This document shows, one piece after another, positions 11,986-24,400 of a DNA stretch of 64,000 nt. Under the pieces are notes generated by a model. It searched no databases. It saw nothing but the letters and a program-made list of their open reading frames with translations, and was not told where the DNA came from. This DNA is from Utricularia gibba (lineage: Eukaryota; Plantae; Magnoliophyta): positions 1,922,001 through 1,986,000 of the forward strand of contig NEEC01000013.1 of the NCBI GenBank assembly GCA_002189035.1, in the 5' to 3' direction. The position numbers and the translations under genes are program-made. The first letter of the stretch is position 1; each line of letters starts with the position of its first letter.

Positions 11986-14897
11986 ATGACGGAGACTTCC
12001 GGAGACGGAAGCGTTGATGCGCCAGCGGAGGTTGTTTCTCGTGACACTGGCGGGAATGCAGTGGGTTTGGGACCGACGCTCACGGTGTCGGCGTCGTTCA
12101 AGGGCTCCGCATCACGGCGGAGGTCGTTAGCGCGACCTACCGTTGATGCGGATGAGTTTTTAAGCTCGCTCCATGGCTCGGATCCGGTGAGGCTGGAGCT
12201 TAATCGACTGGAGAACGAAGTAAGAGGTGAGTATCTCTGGTTCTGGATCCACGGGATTTGTTTTCTGATTTGAATTTGAGACGGCGCCGTTCGGATTCTT
12301 GGCTTGAACTTGTGTATTTCGTCGAACGCACAGCACAATGAGAATGAATTGAGTGTTTTCTCTGTAGATAAGGAGCGGGAATTGGGAGAAGCTTATTCAC
12401 AGATCAAGGCGCTGAAGCTCTCTGAGAGGCTTCGAGAAAAAGCCGTTGAAGAGGTTCTTATTTAGATTACTTAGTATATTTATGATGAGTGTATCAGGAG
12501 AAGTTTGTCATAGCAGATGAAAGAATTGCCGGAATCTATTACAAAATCTGCGTTGGTGTTAGTGCATTCAGATAATCTTAAACGCCGCTGAGCCCTGAGA
12601 CCTTTCATTTTGTTTTAGTTGACTGATGAGTTGTCGAAGGTGGATGAGAAACATAAATTAACGGAGTCTGTTCTTCAGAGCAAGGTACTGTGTATTCTTT
12701 TTCCATTATGATCTCCGTATCATTATTTTGTACATTCTGTAGATCTACTTGCCCTATAATTTTGTTTTTTTTTTCAGAATCTTGAGATTAAAAAACTTAA
12801 TGATGAAAAGAAGGCCTCAATGGCAGCCCAGTTTGCTGCCGAGGCTACACTTCGGCGCGTTCATGCTGCCCAAAAGGATGATGATATGCCCCAATTGAAG
12901 CCATTCTGGCTCCATTGGAAGCCGAACTTAAACTCTCTCGACAGGAGGTTTGTGCATTTAGCAACTCGCTCTGATGTTAATCCGCTTCATTTATGATAAT
13001 GTTACTGAACCTATCTGTATTTTCCACTTAGATTTCAAAGCTACAAGAGGACAACAAAGCATTGGATCGGTTGACAAAATCAAAGGAAGCTGCTCTACTT
13101 GATGCGGAGAGAACTGTACAAATAGCAATGGCAAAAGCATCAATGGTGGATGATCTGCAAAACAAGAACCAAGAATTAATGAAGCAGATTGAAATTTGCC
13201 AGGTATAATGGACACCTGTGGCTGCAAGTTTTTGTGACACTATTCAACACAGTTAATATTTTTTTCTTTGCCATTTGGATGTTTTCCTATTGTATCAGGA
13301 AGAAAATAAGATAATGGATAAAATGCATAGACAAAAGGTGGCTGATATTGAAAAGCTTACCCAAACTGTGCGTGAACTTGAAGAGGCCGTGCTCGCTGGT
13401 GGGGCAGCTGCGAATGCAGTCCGTGACTATCAGAGAAAAGTTCAGGAGATGAACGTATTAATACATTACCCAATGATTTCACACGTAACTTCTGATGTTA
13501 ATCTTAAGTTGATTGCCTTCACTCATTATGTTTTCAGGAAGAAAGGAAAACTCTTGACAGGGAGCTGGCTCGAGCTAAGGTGACTGCAAATAGGGTTGCA
13601 ACTGTTGTAGCTAATGAATGGAAAGATGCTAATGACAAAGTAATGCCCGTGAAACAGTGGCTGGAAGAGAGAAGGTTCTTGCAGGTGTAGTGAATCCCTT
13701 TCACTTGCCAATGAATATTTGTAGTTGTTAAATATTGGCGAGTTGGATAATCCCAGCTTATCTTTATTTCTACTTCACAGGGCGAAATGCAGCAACTCAA
13801 GGATAAGCTTTCTGTAGCAGAGAGAACTGCTAAATCAGAAGCCCAGTTAAAAGTAAATGGCTTCAACATATTGATTCTGGGTAATTTTTTAGAAACATGT
13901 CATTGGGATCACATTACAATTTCTCATCTTTCAGGAAAAGTTTCAGTTACGTCTGAAGGTTCTTGAGGAAACGTTGAGATCGCCAAATGTGGCACCCCGT
14001 GGTGCTTCGGAACCTAGGAGCTCAAGTAATGGTTTAGCACGCCGCCAGTCACTTGGTGGAGCTGAAAATATCACCAAATTAGCCTCCAGTTTCATTCTGC
14101 CTAAAAGACCCCCATCGTTTCAGAGTAAATCTTATGGAAGCAGTTCAGTTTTGAAACATGCAAAGGGAGCATCGAAGTCCTTTGATGGTGGATCACGACC
14201 TGTGGACAGGAATAAAGTTCTCTTGAATGGGTTAGGTCCAAGTTTCAAGCAAGTTCAGTCATCTGAAGATGCTAAGCAAATTGACGAGCCTACTAGTACC
14301 ACATGTGGAAAAGCTCCAGCAGAAAACACGAGCGACATACAAATTGAAGCTGTTACTGAGGACACAGTGCCTGGTGTATTGTATGATCTATTGCAGAAAG
14401 AGGTGGTTACGTTGAGAAAAGCTGGCCAGGAAAAGGATCAAAGTCTCAAGGACAAGGATGATGCAATTGAGGTTAGATCATTATGCCCTCGAATTTTTTG
14501 TTGAACATGAGTCAAGTGTTTCCTGTCCACTACTTTGATCAGATATTAGCAAAAAAAGTGGACACTTTGACCCGGGCAATGGAAACTGAAGCCAAGAAGA
14601 TGAGAAGAGAGGTAGCTGCCATGGAGAAGGAGGTTGCAGCGATGCGTGTGGAGAAGGAGCATGACACCAAAGCCAAGAGACTGGTGCATTCGAGGAGCTC
14701 TAACAGTTCACAGTTTCTCTCTGCAAGGTATGGTTCCCTATTCTCATACATCTCAACACAAAAATATATATATTGCTGACATTTTATCGATGCACAACTG
14801 TATGGCCTTTCCTTACGCACAAGCATGCGTTCACAGTAATGCAATGTTGCCCTGCAGGATCTTATCAAGAAGTGGGATGACCCGCAGCACACAATAA
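11986..14897 (+). CDS. MAP70: Microtubule-associated protein 70, multi-exon; 1-bp deletion at C4 12889-12892
   Basis: LHGSDPVRLELNRLENEVR, EATLRRVHAAQKDDDMP(P)IEAILAPLEAELK, DDLQNKNQELMKQIEICQ, AVRDYQRK, VANEWKDANDKVMPVKQWLEER, LYDLLQKEV..LRK, EAKKMRREVAAMEKEV; GT-AG introns. Confidence 0.95.
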
Positions 14898-15524
14898 CAG
14901 AACATTTGTATCCGGGTTCCTTTTCATCTAATCCAGGTTTCATTATCCACCGTATGTCTGCTGGCATGCCCATGCCAATATCTCTTTGGTGGGATGAAAG
15001 TATACGGTGGAAACGATCAATCATCATGTGTGTTTATTTTACCCTGAAATCAAGCTGCTCATTCAGTAGATTTGTATTGCTGTGGGTAGCAATTAAATTC
15101 CCTCTATGTATAGGTAACTTGGTAGCTTTTGGTATGACTCGTTTGGGATTGTTGTACGGGTCTTCATTGTTAACGTCGTTTTCATGTTCCTTGGTTTCAT
15201 CTTCTGCCACTTGAATTTATTGGATGAAGATGTTTGTCTCTCTCCGTGTAGTGTCTCTTGGACTGGAGTCTTTATGCCTGAATGCTGCTTTCAACTTTGT
15301 CTCCATTAGTGTTGTTAGTGCTATTGTTTTGTAATTGGAGAAAGGGATTTTTCAACTAGCATATGAATGCAAGGATCCGTCATGTCGTTTAGGTCATCTT
15401 CTGCAGGATTCAGATTCGCACGGCGCATTTCACCCAGTGTAACTGTGAGTATTCACAGAGAGGCATATGGGAGCAGAAAAGATTTACGAAATGATGGTAC
15501 CATATGAATTTGTACAAGGAAATC

Positions 15525-17527
15525 TCAAGGCAGAGGGAAGCTCAAAATGTTGTTCTCGCAGCTACTGCATAAAAAAATGGCTGGAATCTCTTCAGTCTGA
15601 GGAATATTTACACACCTTGTGTGCTGCTGAACTTGGCAGATATCACACGACACCATTCTCTCCCCATCATTGTCTCTAGTTCCACAAACACAGTCCACTG
15701 TCATCAGGAGCTCGCCTTCGCACACAGGCTGCCCAGTTGCTTTCACCTCAAACACAACTCTGCTTCCCGGTTTCAGTGCTTTGAACACCAAGTCTGATCC
15801 TTTACACCTTATGTTCCTCGGTGAATCTGCCTTGAAGCCCTTCAGCCCCATGTAAGTCTCTCTGAACACCCTCTCTGCTTCAGTTTTCAACTCATCAAAA
15901 ACAGAGGAGTTCCTCAGGATCAAGCAATGGTATGGAGTTGCAACCTCCTCCTGCTCTGATCCATCATCCTTCTTCACCACAATGGAGCAATACATCTTCC
16001 ATTTGTCAGATTTGTTCCCAGGTACCTCCTCCCCACCGTAGTCTTTATACAGATGCTTCGAATCAAGGATGATCCTAGATGCCAGGGGGAGAGTGGCTAA
16101 GGCTCCAGCTTTGGTGTCTCTGAAAACGTGTGTATACACATGGTTAATGTCCCTCATGAGCTGAGCCCAAGAGACCTTCAGCTGATGAGGCCTCAGTGCT
16201 GGTTCATAGTTCGTGGATGGCTCTTCCAGTGACAGTGTTTGGGAGATATCTTCCACACAATACTCCAGCACTTTGGTCACAGGATTCACACATCTACGGA
16301 TGAAATACTTGCCAACCAAGTGGTTTCCCAAGGACTTGAGCACAAAGTCGAGCAGACCCGTGTCTCCAATGTATGCCCGTGCCTGGTCTCGTATATGCTG
16401 CCTAGAAACCCAATGTGTTTCAGCTGTTTTCAGTGATTCAACTATCACATGAATCGCCATTTCGACGCGCTTCGAAGACCATCTGCAGGATGAATCAGAC
16501 ATGATCCCTGGATAGGGAGAAGAGATTTTGGACTCCTTTGGAATCCTGGACTTGAGTTCCAGCATGAACAGGAAGAGTTGGCCTATGGTTACCAGAGAAT
16601 GCCCAGATAAAAGCTGGAGTTTCTTCAGTATCACTTGTGTCATTTCATTTGGACTGCTCGTGTGTGCAATCAGGCTGATAGGAATGCTCTGTATTGCTCT
16701 CACTGCATTCCCATATGACTCTTCATCCACGCCGTAGCTCCCCCGGCCGAGCGTGTAGCTCCACTGCGAGAACCATGGCTTGCCATAGGCTACACCATGA
16801 AGCAGCCTGAGTTCCATGCCTCTCTTCCTAGAGACGTCTCTCAAGCTCACCTTCCTGGAGTTCTCATTGCATTAAAACACTGGACTCAGGATGATTCATT
16901 TCAAGTTTTATGATATTCGAACCTCGCTCCGAGCCCGACGCAGAGACGATCCCAGAACTCCATGATCTCGTAGCCTGCCAAGAGTGAGCCAGTCTCTAAA
17001 CCTCCAATGTAGAGCAAATGACCATAGCCATTGGAATGGAACACACCATGGAGGCTATGCTTCTCCCTCTGCAACTCAACCAGTGCACAGTATTCCTCCG
17101 AGTCTGCTCTCAATGGCAGCAGAAAATGGTACCTCTTGTTGCAGACCAAGTGATGCCCCCAGCCTGAACTACATTTCAACATCACCAAGAAGAGAAAACA
17201 CAACACACAGAATCAAAGTGCCATGTTACTATTACCTATATATTGACAGTACTTGCACCGGAGTTCCATCGAAAACTCCTCCACCGGCTCCTCCACCACA
17301 AACAGAAGCAGATGCAGCAGCGGTTGGCGATGAACTTCCAGGTGAAATGACCAACTTGGCATGGTTCCACTGCGATCCTCTTGGCCAAACTCCAAAAGGG
17401 CTCTCACGTTTTCCTGAAAAGAACCACAGAAATCAACAGGGTACCCCTTCTCCCCAAAGAGCTTGAATTTGTACACCCTTTCGCCCCTTCTCCTCTTCCT
17501 GCACCCATTCACTTCCATATGGGGCAT
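15525..17527 (-). CDS. MS1: MALE STERILITY 1-like PHD finger protein, 3 exons
   Basis: CRKRRRGERVYKFKLFGE, WSFHLEVHR, LLLFVVEEP, CKYCQYIG|WGHHLVCNKRYHF, LHGVFHSNGYGHLL, MELRLLHGVAYGKPWF, GDTGLLDFVLKSLGN, C-terminal PHD DCVCGTRDNDGERMVSCDIC..HTRC...FLCSSC. Confidence 0.88.
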
Positions 17528-17913
17528 TGCTTGTTTCCCTTCCTTGGAACTTAGAAGAAGGTGTTTGCAACACAGAAAGAGAGTTAAATTTGGAGATGGC
17601 TTTGCTTATAATAGGGTAATTCACACACATGTTGCTGGAACACAGAATAATGAGAAGAGCATTAGCAGCTCCAAGATCATCGTGTTTGTCCGAAAGTATC
17701 GCGCTCTCTTACCATGCATGACTTCCTTTTCAAGTAATTTAATGAACACATACCTTCTATCCTCCTCCATTTTTTTGTTACCTATCCATACCTACACCTT
17801 ACTTACATCCATGCTCTAGATGCTAGAATCTAAACAGTATGTTTGGAGGTGTTTTCCACCTACTCGTTGCTAGAAAAACAAAATAAGCATGGTCATTTTT
17901 TGCATTTGAAGGA

Positions 17914-17961
17914 AAACCCTATTTCCTTGTGAGAAAAATTTAGGGTTTGGGGTTAGGGTTT
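17914..17961. promoter_or_regulatory. Telo-box cluster (3 copies) upstream of the MS1-like gene
   Basis: AAACCCTA 17914-17921; TAGGGTTT 17941-17948 and 17954-17961. Confidence 0.5.
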
Positions 17962-19144
17962 TTGTGTCTTTCTGAATAATCCTAATCCTATTACATAAAT
18001 AGCATCTTGCATGATTCACATGACATCCATTTCATGAATCATGTTTTCATTTTACAATATTATGTGTTTTGGATATCTAGTTTTCATAGTTCTATGTTCT
18101 CTATTTTTGATAAAAAAAATTATCTAAGATTAAGATAGTAACTCTATTTAATCAGATACCAATCATATGGAATACATAAACTCTATAAACAGGATGTTAC
18201 ACATCAATGCATCAATTATTTCCAAATGAATGTGTAGTCTTCTAGTCTCAGAATTAAAAACAAAAAAAAAGTTTCTCTTTTTCTTTTTTTTTCATAGATA
18301 TTTGTAAATATTGTAAATATCAAAGAGTAGGCAACATGTGTAGTTGCATAGGGCTTTAAAGCAAATGAAAAGATTTCAAAATTGGCAAATATACTACCGC
18401 AATAGATATTGAAAACCACTTGATGCCGATACTTCTATTGGTCGACTGTGTGCCTTTTAGATCATAACAACATGTTTCACTATGCAGAGACGCAACACTC
18501 CTCCCATGGAAGAGTCTGGATTTTCAATCACCTAATGTTGAAAATAAGGACTCAATAGATCCCTCCTGCTCGATCCTTGTTATGGTCTACCTGATGGAAA
18601 CGTGAAAGAAATGGTAAGGTGATCTACTCTTTATGCGTAGATTACACGCTCTCTCTTTGTATGATATTGTTAGAAGCTCGTAATTCAGATCATGAAATCG
18701 ATACTTGGCCAAGGCATCCTTCAAATCTTGATGAGGCCGCAGTGAATAAAATGTCTTGCAGTAAAATCATCCAAGTAAAATTAGGGTTTATCCTTGGGAG
18801 TAAAATTAAACCAATGCTCCTCTTTGTGATAGTTACAACATGTTTTTAAATAAAATTATCTTATCCATTACATTTACGTAAATCTAATCTTGAGTAAGAT
18901 ACGACAAAATCGTAGTCTTTGTCTAATTATTTTTGAAAAATGATTCTAATAAAATGAGTTTTTGCAACTTTTTTTTAAAAAATATTTTAAAAACATAAAT
19001 CACTTGTATTTAATAATAAAATTATTTTTAAAAAAATAAAAAAATAATTCCAAATAGAAACAAATCCAACTTCTTCCTCCTCCTCCCTAACAAAAAACAA
19101 AACAAAAGAAGAAGAAGAGGAAGTGTAGTGAGATAAGGTAACTG

Positions 19145-19272
19145 AAAGTCAACGCCATAATGCCTGGGGGGTGATGTTGCGGGGGCCTCCCACTAAACGA
19201 CCAAAGTCAACACTCGTGACAACGTATTGGTGGATTTTTTAATTGTACACACCAAAGTCAATGCACACGTGT
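19145..19272. promoter_or_regulatory. Three W-boxes plus a G-box in the MS1-SOS1 intergenic region
   Basis: AAAGTCAA (reverse complement TTGACTTT) at 19145, 19203 and 19254; CACGTG at about 19266-19271. Confidence 0.5.
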
Positions 19273-19599
19273 CGTATTAGTACATATATTATATGCACCA
19301 TGTGAGGGATATGCCGCGGGCACATACTAATTGCATGATCCCCGATTAATGCGCTAATCTTATCATCACTAATCATCCTCGGGTTTAATGTACATTGCCT
19401 TTGCATTCGTTTGTATTTTGTAACAAAAATATTTTTAGATCACATGTTCAAAAGTATAAATTATCATAATTTGAATTCTGTATCTTGAAAAATAGTTTTC
19501 GAAAAGTGATTTTAATAAAATAGAAATTGGATCTCTATATCTTTTTGAAAGAGAAAATTACAAGAACAAAATTTCAAATTTAAGTCAATATAAAGAACA

Positions 19600-20070
19600 T
19601 AATCATCAAGTTTCAAAATTACAAAAAAAAAAACATATCAAGTTGTCAAAATCATGCAATGAAAATCCAAAGTATTTTCAAAATTTTTAAAAATTGAATC
19701 TATTTATGACAGTTTTGGTTTTAAATCTAACTAAATTTCATACTAAAGCTTTTCACATTTGTGTGTGAAGTTCAACAAATCGAAGTATACCTCTATTAGA
19801 ATTATATCGTATTTATATATTCTATTATTTGAAGTGATAATGTTTATATTATATTCATATCTTATATAATTTAAAGTGATAATATTTATATCGTATCTCA
19901 TATTATGCATTATTATAACGATGTTAAAATCAAAATCAATTAGTTTTGATTACATAAGAGGTTAAATATGCAATTTTATAAATTCGAGAGCAAATTTTAT
20001 AAAAAAATAAGTTGAGAATTATATGAATTAATTTTGAAATTTGAGGTTAAACTTATTATACTGATTGTAA
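19600..20070 (+). repeat. AT-rich dispersed repeat, copy 1 (probable non-autonomous TE)
   Basis: Blocks such as TCAAAATCAT..AATGAAAATC.AAA..ATTTTCAAAATTTTT.AAAATT.AATCT and TCTCATAT.ATGCATT...ATCAAAATCA.TTAGTT...AATTTTATAAATTCGA recur at ~61.7-62.2 kb. Boundaries approximate. Confidence 0.6.
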
Positions 20071-21450
20071 ATTAGAGCGACACTAGCAAACTCCACCCCT
20101 TTTTAAAAAGTGTGTTTTTAGAATTATGTTGTTTTTGAAGTATAATTTGTTTGTATTTTGTAATAAAATTGATTTTGAAACCTATTTTTTTAGAAGGATA
20201 AGGTGTTACAAGTGGAACCTAATTTATACGTATTCCTATACACATAATTGCGTCGTATTTGTATTCCACGAGTATTAAGGTTTTTTTGATCATGTTTATG
20301 TAAGATAATTATGATTAGTTGGCGACTAAACAAAAAAAAGTCTAAAGTGGGATTTTCCTGCAAAGGCAGTTGAAATCTTGCACGCACAAGACCTGCCCCC
20401 TACACCGCTCCTCTTTTTCCAGTGCAGACCAAGACTTCCAAACTAATGATATGTTTGAATCACCCCTATTCTGGAATTTCATTCCTGTTGTTGTAGATAG
20501 AGCACATAACAATTTCTTCTGTAGTTTTGGCGCTCAAAACTGGAGGTTTCAGAAACTTGTTGCTTGAACAAGACTCAGAGGTGGCATATGTAGGAGTATG
20601 TTCCTAAGCATAGAATTTTTCACTCATCATTGGCTTCCTTGAAACTTATCAACTACGCGCGCATATCCGTCGATCGCCACGGTGGTCGCCGGAAGGTCGG
20701 AGGCGGAGGAGGAGGCCTCGGCGGTTACCGTACTATGATCGAATTATGGAAACTTAGACCCGAGTGTGGTATTGAAAAACCAGGCTGGATTCTATGCAAC
20801 AGCGCCAACTTGGTGTTAAGCTCTTCTACTCTTACCCTAAAGTCGAGTGCCACCTTTTAAATTACAAGGTTAGAGTCGCGTATCCTACTAGGACAAAAAG
20901 GGTCGCGGTCAGGGAGGGCGTTTGGTCTTTTCATGGCGGCTTTCTTCATTGTTTCCTCGTTGTCTCCTGTTGCAATACTACATTGTAATAAAAATAAAAC
21001 GTGAAGTCAACGAAATAATGAATGTGATTTTTAGCATTTTTTTTTGTGCAGTTGATGATAAGAATAAAAAGAAATACAGAATGTAGATGTCGACCATGAT
21101 CATCCAAGTAATTTGCACGGAGAAGACAATTCTCACGTGGAATACTCATCTCTTGTCTGGTTAGTTCCCGGAGTGTTCAAGTCAGAGTGGGTGAATACAG
21201 ATGAAAAGTTTCAATGGTCTACGGTTTCAAGGGGCAAACTGTTTCTTCAGGTGTATTCATGGAAACAGGAGCACAAAAGTCAAACCAGTGCATGTTGTCA
21301 ATATTCTGGAAGATACCCATAACTCTGCGCACCCCACACACATAATATATATATACATTAGTATGTACGAGCACTTGGGTTGAAAGTTCTCTCCCTAAGA
21401 AGCTTTATTTGCATGAGAATACAACGCTTGGCCTAATTTTGAGGAGTGGG

Positions 21451-24400
21451 ATGGAGTGGGGAATGCACAGAATCCTGCAAGATGGGGTTGCTGCTGTGGG
21501 AGAGGACTCAGTAAACGCAGTGATATTTTTTGGTGTTAGTATGGTATTAGGGATTGCAAGTCGGCACTTGCTCAGTGGGACGCGTGTACCTTATACTGTT
21601 GCTCTTCTTCTTCTTGGCATTGGCCTTGGGGCCTTAGGTAACACATGATCTTATCGATTGTATGAATTGGGCTCATGATTCTAGAGTAAAGATTTGATTT
21701 TTCTTTTTTTTTTTTTTTTTGTAGAACATGGAACAAGAGAAGGCTTAGGAAGGTTTGGGAATGGAATTCGGATATGTAAGTGTGCATCACTGTTTGTGGG
21801 AGCTTTTAAAATTGGATGGACAGAGAGAGAGTTGATTTTCTGTACTTGTTATTTTACAGGGTCTCAAATTGATCCTGATCTTCTGTTGGCTGTCTTTCTT
21901 CCTGCTCTCTTGTTTGAGAGCTCATTTTTGATGGAAGTACATCAAATAAAGGTGTTGTAACATCTCCCTGCTGTGCCCCAGAGTGGTTTCTCTGTTGCGA
22001 TGCTAAATCTGCTACTTGTTTTTTCGTTGCAGAGGTGTCTCATGCAAATGTTTTTACTTGCTGGTCCGGGAGTGGCGATTTCGACCTTCTGTCTTGGAGC
22101 CGTTTTGAAGGTCTAGTGGATAGATGCCACATAGTTTTCTCTAAGAACTCCTTTTCCGAAACCTTAAACTTTAAGTGCAGCTTGTTTTCCCATATAACTG
22201 GAACTGGACAACTTCTTTGCTGCTTGGAGGGCTTCTCAGTGCCACTGACCCTGTTGCAGTCATAGCCCTTCTGAAAGAGCTGGGAGCAAGCAAAAAACTC
22301 AGCACTATCATTGAAGGAGAGTCCTTGATGAATGACGGGTACATTAGATACTGCAGTTACTCAATACTTATGGATGCAGTAACTGTACCATGACAATTCT
22401 TCGAGGTTTCAGGACTGCTATCGTGGTTTATCAGCTTTTCAACCGCATGATCCTCGGTTGGCGCTTTAATTTGGGAGGCTTGATCGAGTTCTTGTGCAAA
22501 GTTTCTCTGGGGGCGTAAGTTATTCACTCTTTCTAATCAGAGTTTGGATACTGTAGTTGTCCTAACTCTTCATGTAACAGCGTTGGTCTTGGAATTGCTC
22601 TCGGAATAGCATCTGTATTCTGGCTGGGATTCATCTTCAACGATACAGTTATTGAAATATCGTTGACAGTTGCAGTGAGCTACGTAGCCTTCTTTGTGGT
22701 ATGCATGTATTTCGTCTTCTGCTGCTTCTTAAGTATGACTCTCAATGGATCAATAACACGCATTTTTTTGAATGATAGTCTCAAGAAACGCTAGGCATCT
22801 CTGGAGTGCTGACTGTCATGACCTTAGGAATGTAAGAAGCTTCATCATCTCTTATTTTCTTGAAGAAGATGATCAGACTGTTTGAGTGAAAGGTGCTCCC
22901 TGAAACAGGTTCTATTCCGCCTTCGCTCGGACAGCATTTAAGGGCGAAAGCCAACGGAGTTTGCATCACTTCTGGTACTTGTCTTTGTTCAAGTTATACA
23001 GTTTTCTTCAAGAGGGGATAGTTGGAATAACTTGTGTGAGTTCACAGGGAAATGGTTGCTTACATTGCAAACACTCTGATCTTCATCCTAAGGTAAGAAA
23101 GAAAGACTCTGCAAGTGCTCTTTTCCACTTAAATACTTCTGCTTGTAGTAACTCTGCACCTTTTCATGGCTGCAGTGGAGTAGTCATAGCCGAAAGCATA
23201 TTCAGCGATGACAAGCTATTCAAAACCCATGGTGAAATGAGACCTTGAAACCTTCTTCTTGTATTGCCATTCTGCAGTGAATCTTACCATCAACTGTTCG
23301 CCATCCTGCAGTGAATTCATGGGGTTGGCTGTTTCTGCTCTACGTTTTCGTTCAGCTTTCCAGAGTGATCGTTGTTGCTGCACTGTTTCCACTCCTGCAG
23401 TACTTCGGGTACGGCATGGACTGGCGAGAAGCCATTGTTCTCATCTGGTCAGGTCTCCGTGGTGCCGTGGCGTTGTCACTCTCCCTCTCCGTCAAGGTAT
23501 TTTATTCTTACAAGATCTCCCATTGTTCTGCAACAAGTAACTTACATTTCCGTTCTCGCTGCCGCCTCCAGCGTACCAGCGACACTTCTCCGCTCATCAG
23601 TCCGGACACCGGATATCTGGTATGGATTCACCATCTCTTATTTGAAACTCTGCACTTTCTTGTTCTCTTCATCACAGTCTCCTGCTGCTTTTCCAGTTCG
23701 TGTTTTTAACTGGAGGGATTGTCTTGCTGACACTCATCGTGAATGGATCAACAGCACAGTTTGTGCTGCATGCTCTCAAGCTGGATCTCTTAACATCTGC
23801 AAAGGTTACACCAGAGCAGCCCCGGTAGTCTTTTCTAGCCACCACAAGAAGCTAATGCCATGGCTTATTTTTCTGCAGAAGCGAATAATGAAGTACACCA
23901 AGTACGAAATGCTGAACGAAGCATTGCAGGCTTTTGGGAATCTTGGGGAAGACGAGGAGCTGGGGCCTGTTGATTGGCCTACAGTGAAGCAGTACATCAA
24001 GTGCTTGGATAATGTAGAAGGCGATCGAACGCATCCCCATTCAGCATCCGAGACTGATAATGATTTCGAGCATTTGAATCTGGAGGATACAAGAATCCGT
24101 TTCTTGAATGGTGAGTGTGGTTTCATTCACTGATGCAAGCAAACAGAGGGCTGTATTTTGCTGAAAGAAGTGGATTTGCAGGTGTTCAGGCAGCTTACTG
24201 GATGATGCTTGATGAGGGAAGGATCACACAAACTACAGCAAGCTTTTTGATGCAATCTATAGATGAAGCCATGGATCAGATATCCAATGAACCTTTATGT
24301 GATTGGAGAGGTCTGAAATCTCATGTCAGCATCCCAAATCACTACAAGTTTCTTCAGTACAGATTCATCCCTCGGAAGATAGCAACTTATCTTACGGTGG

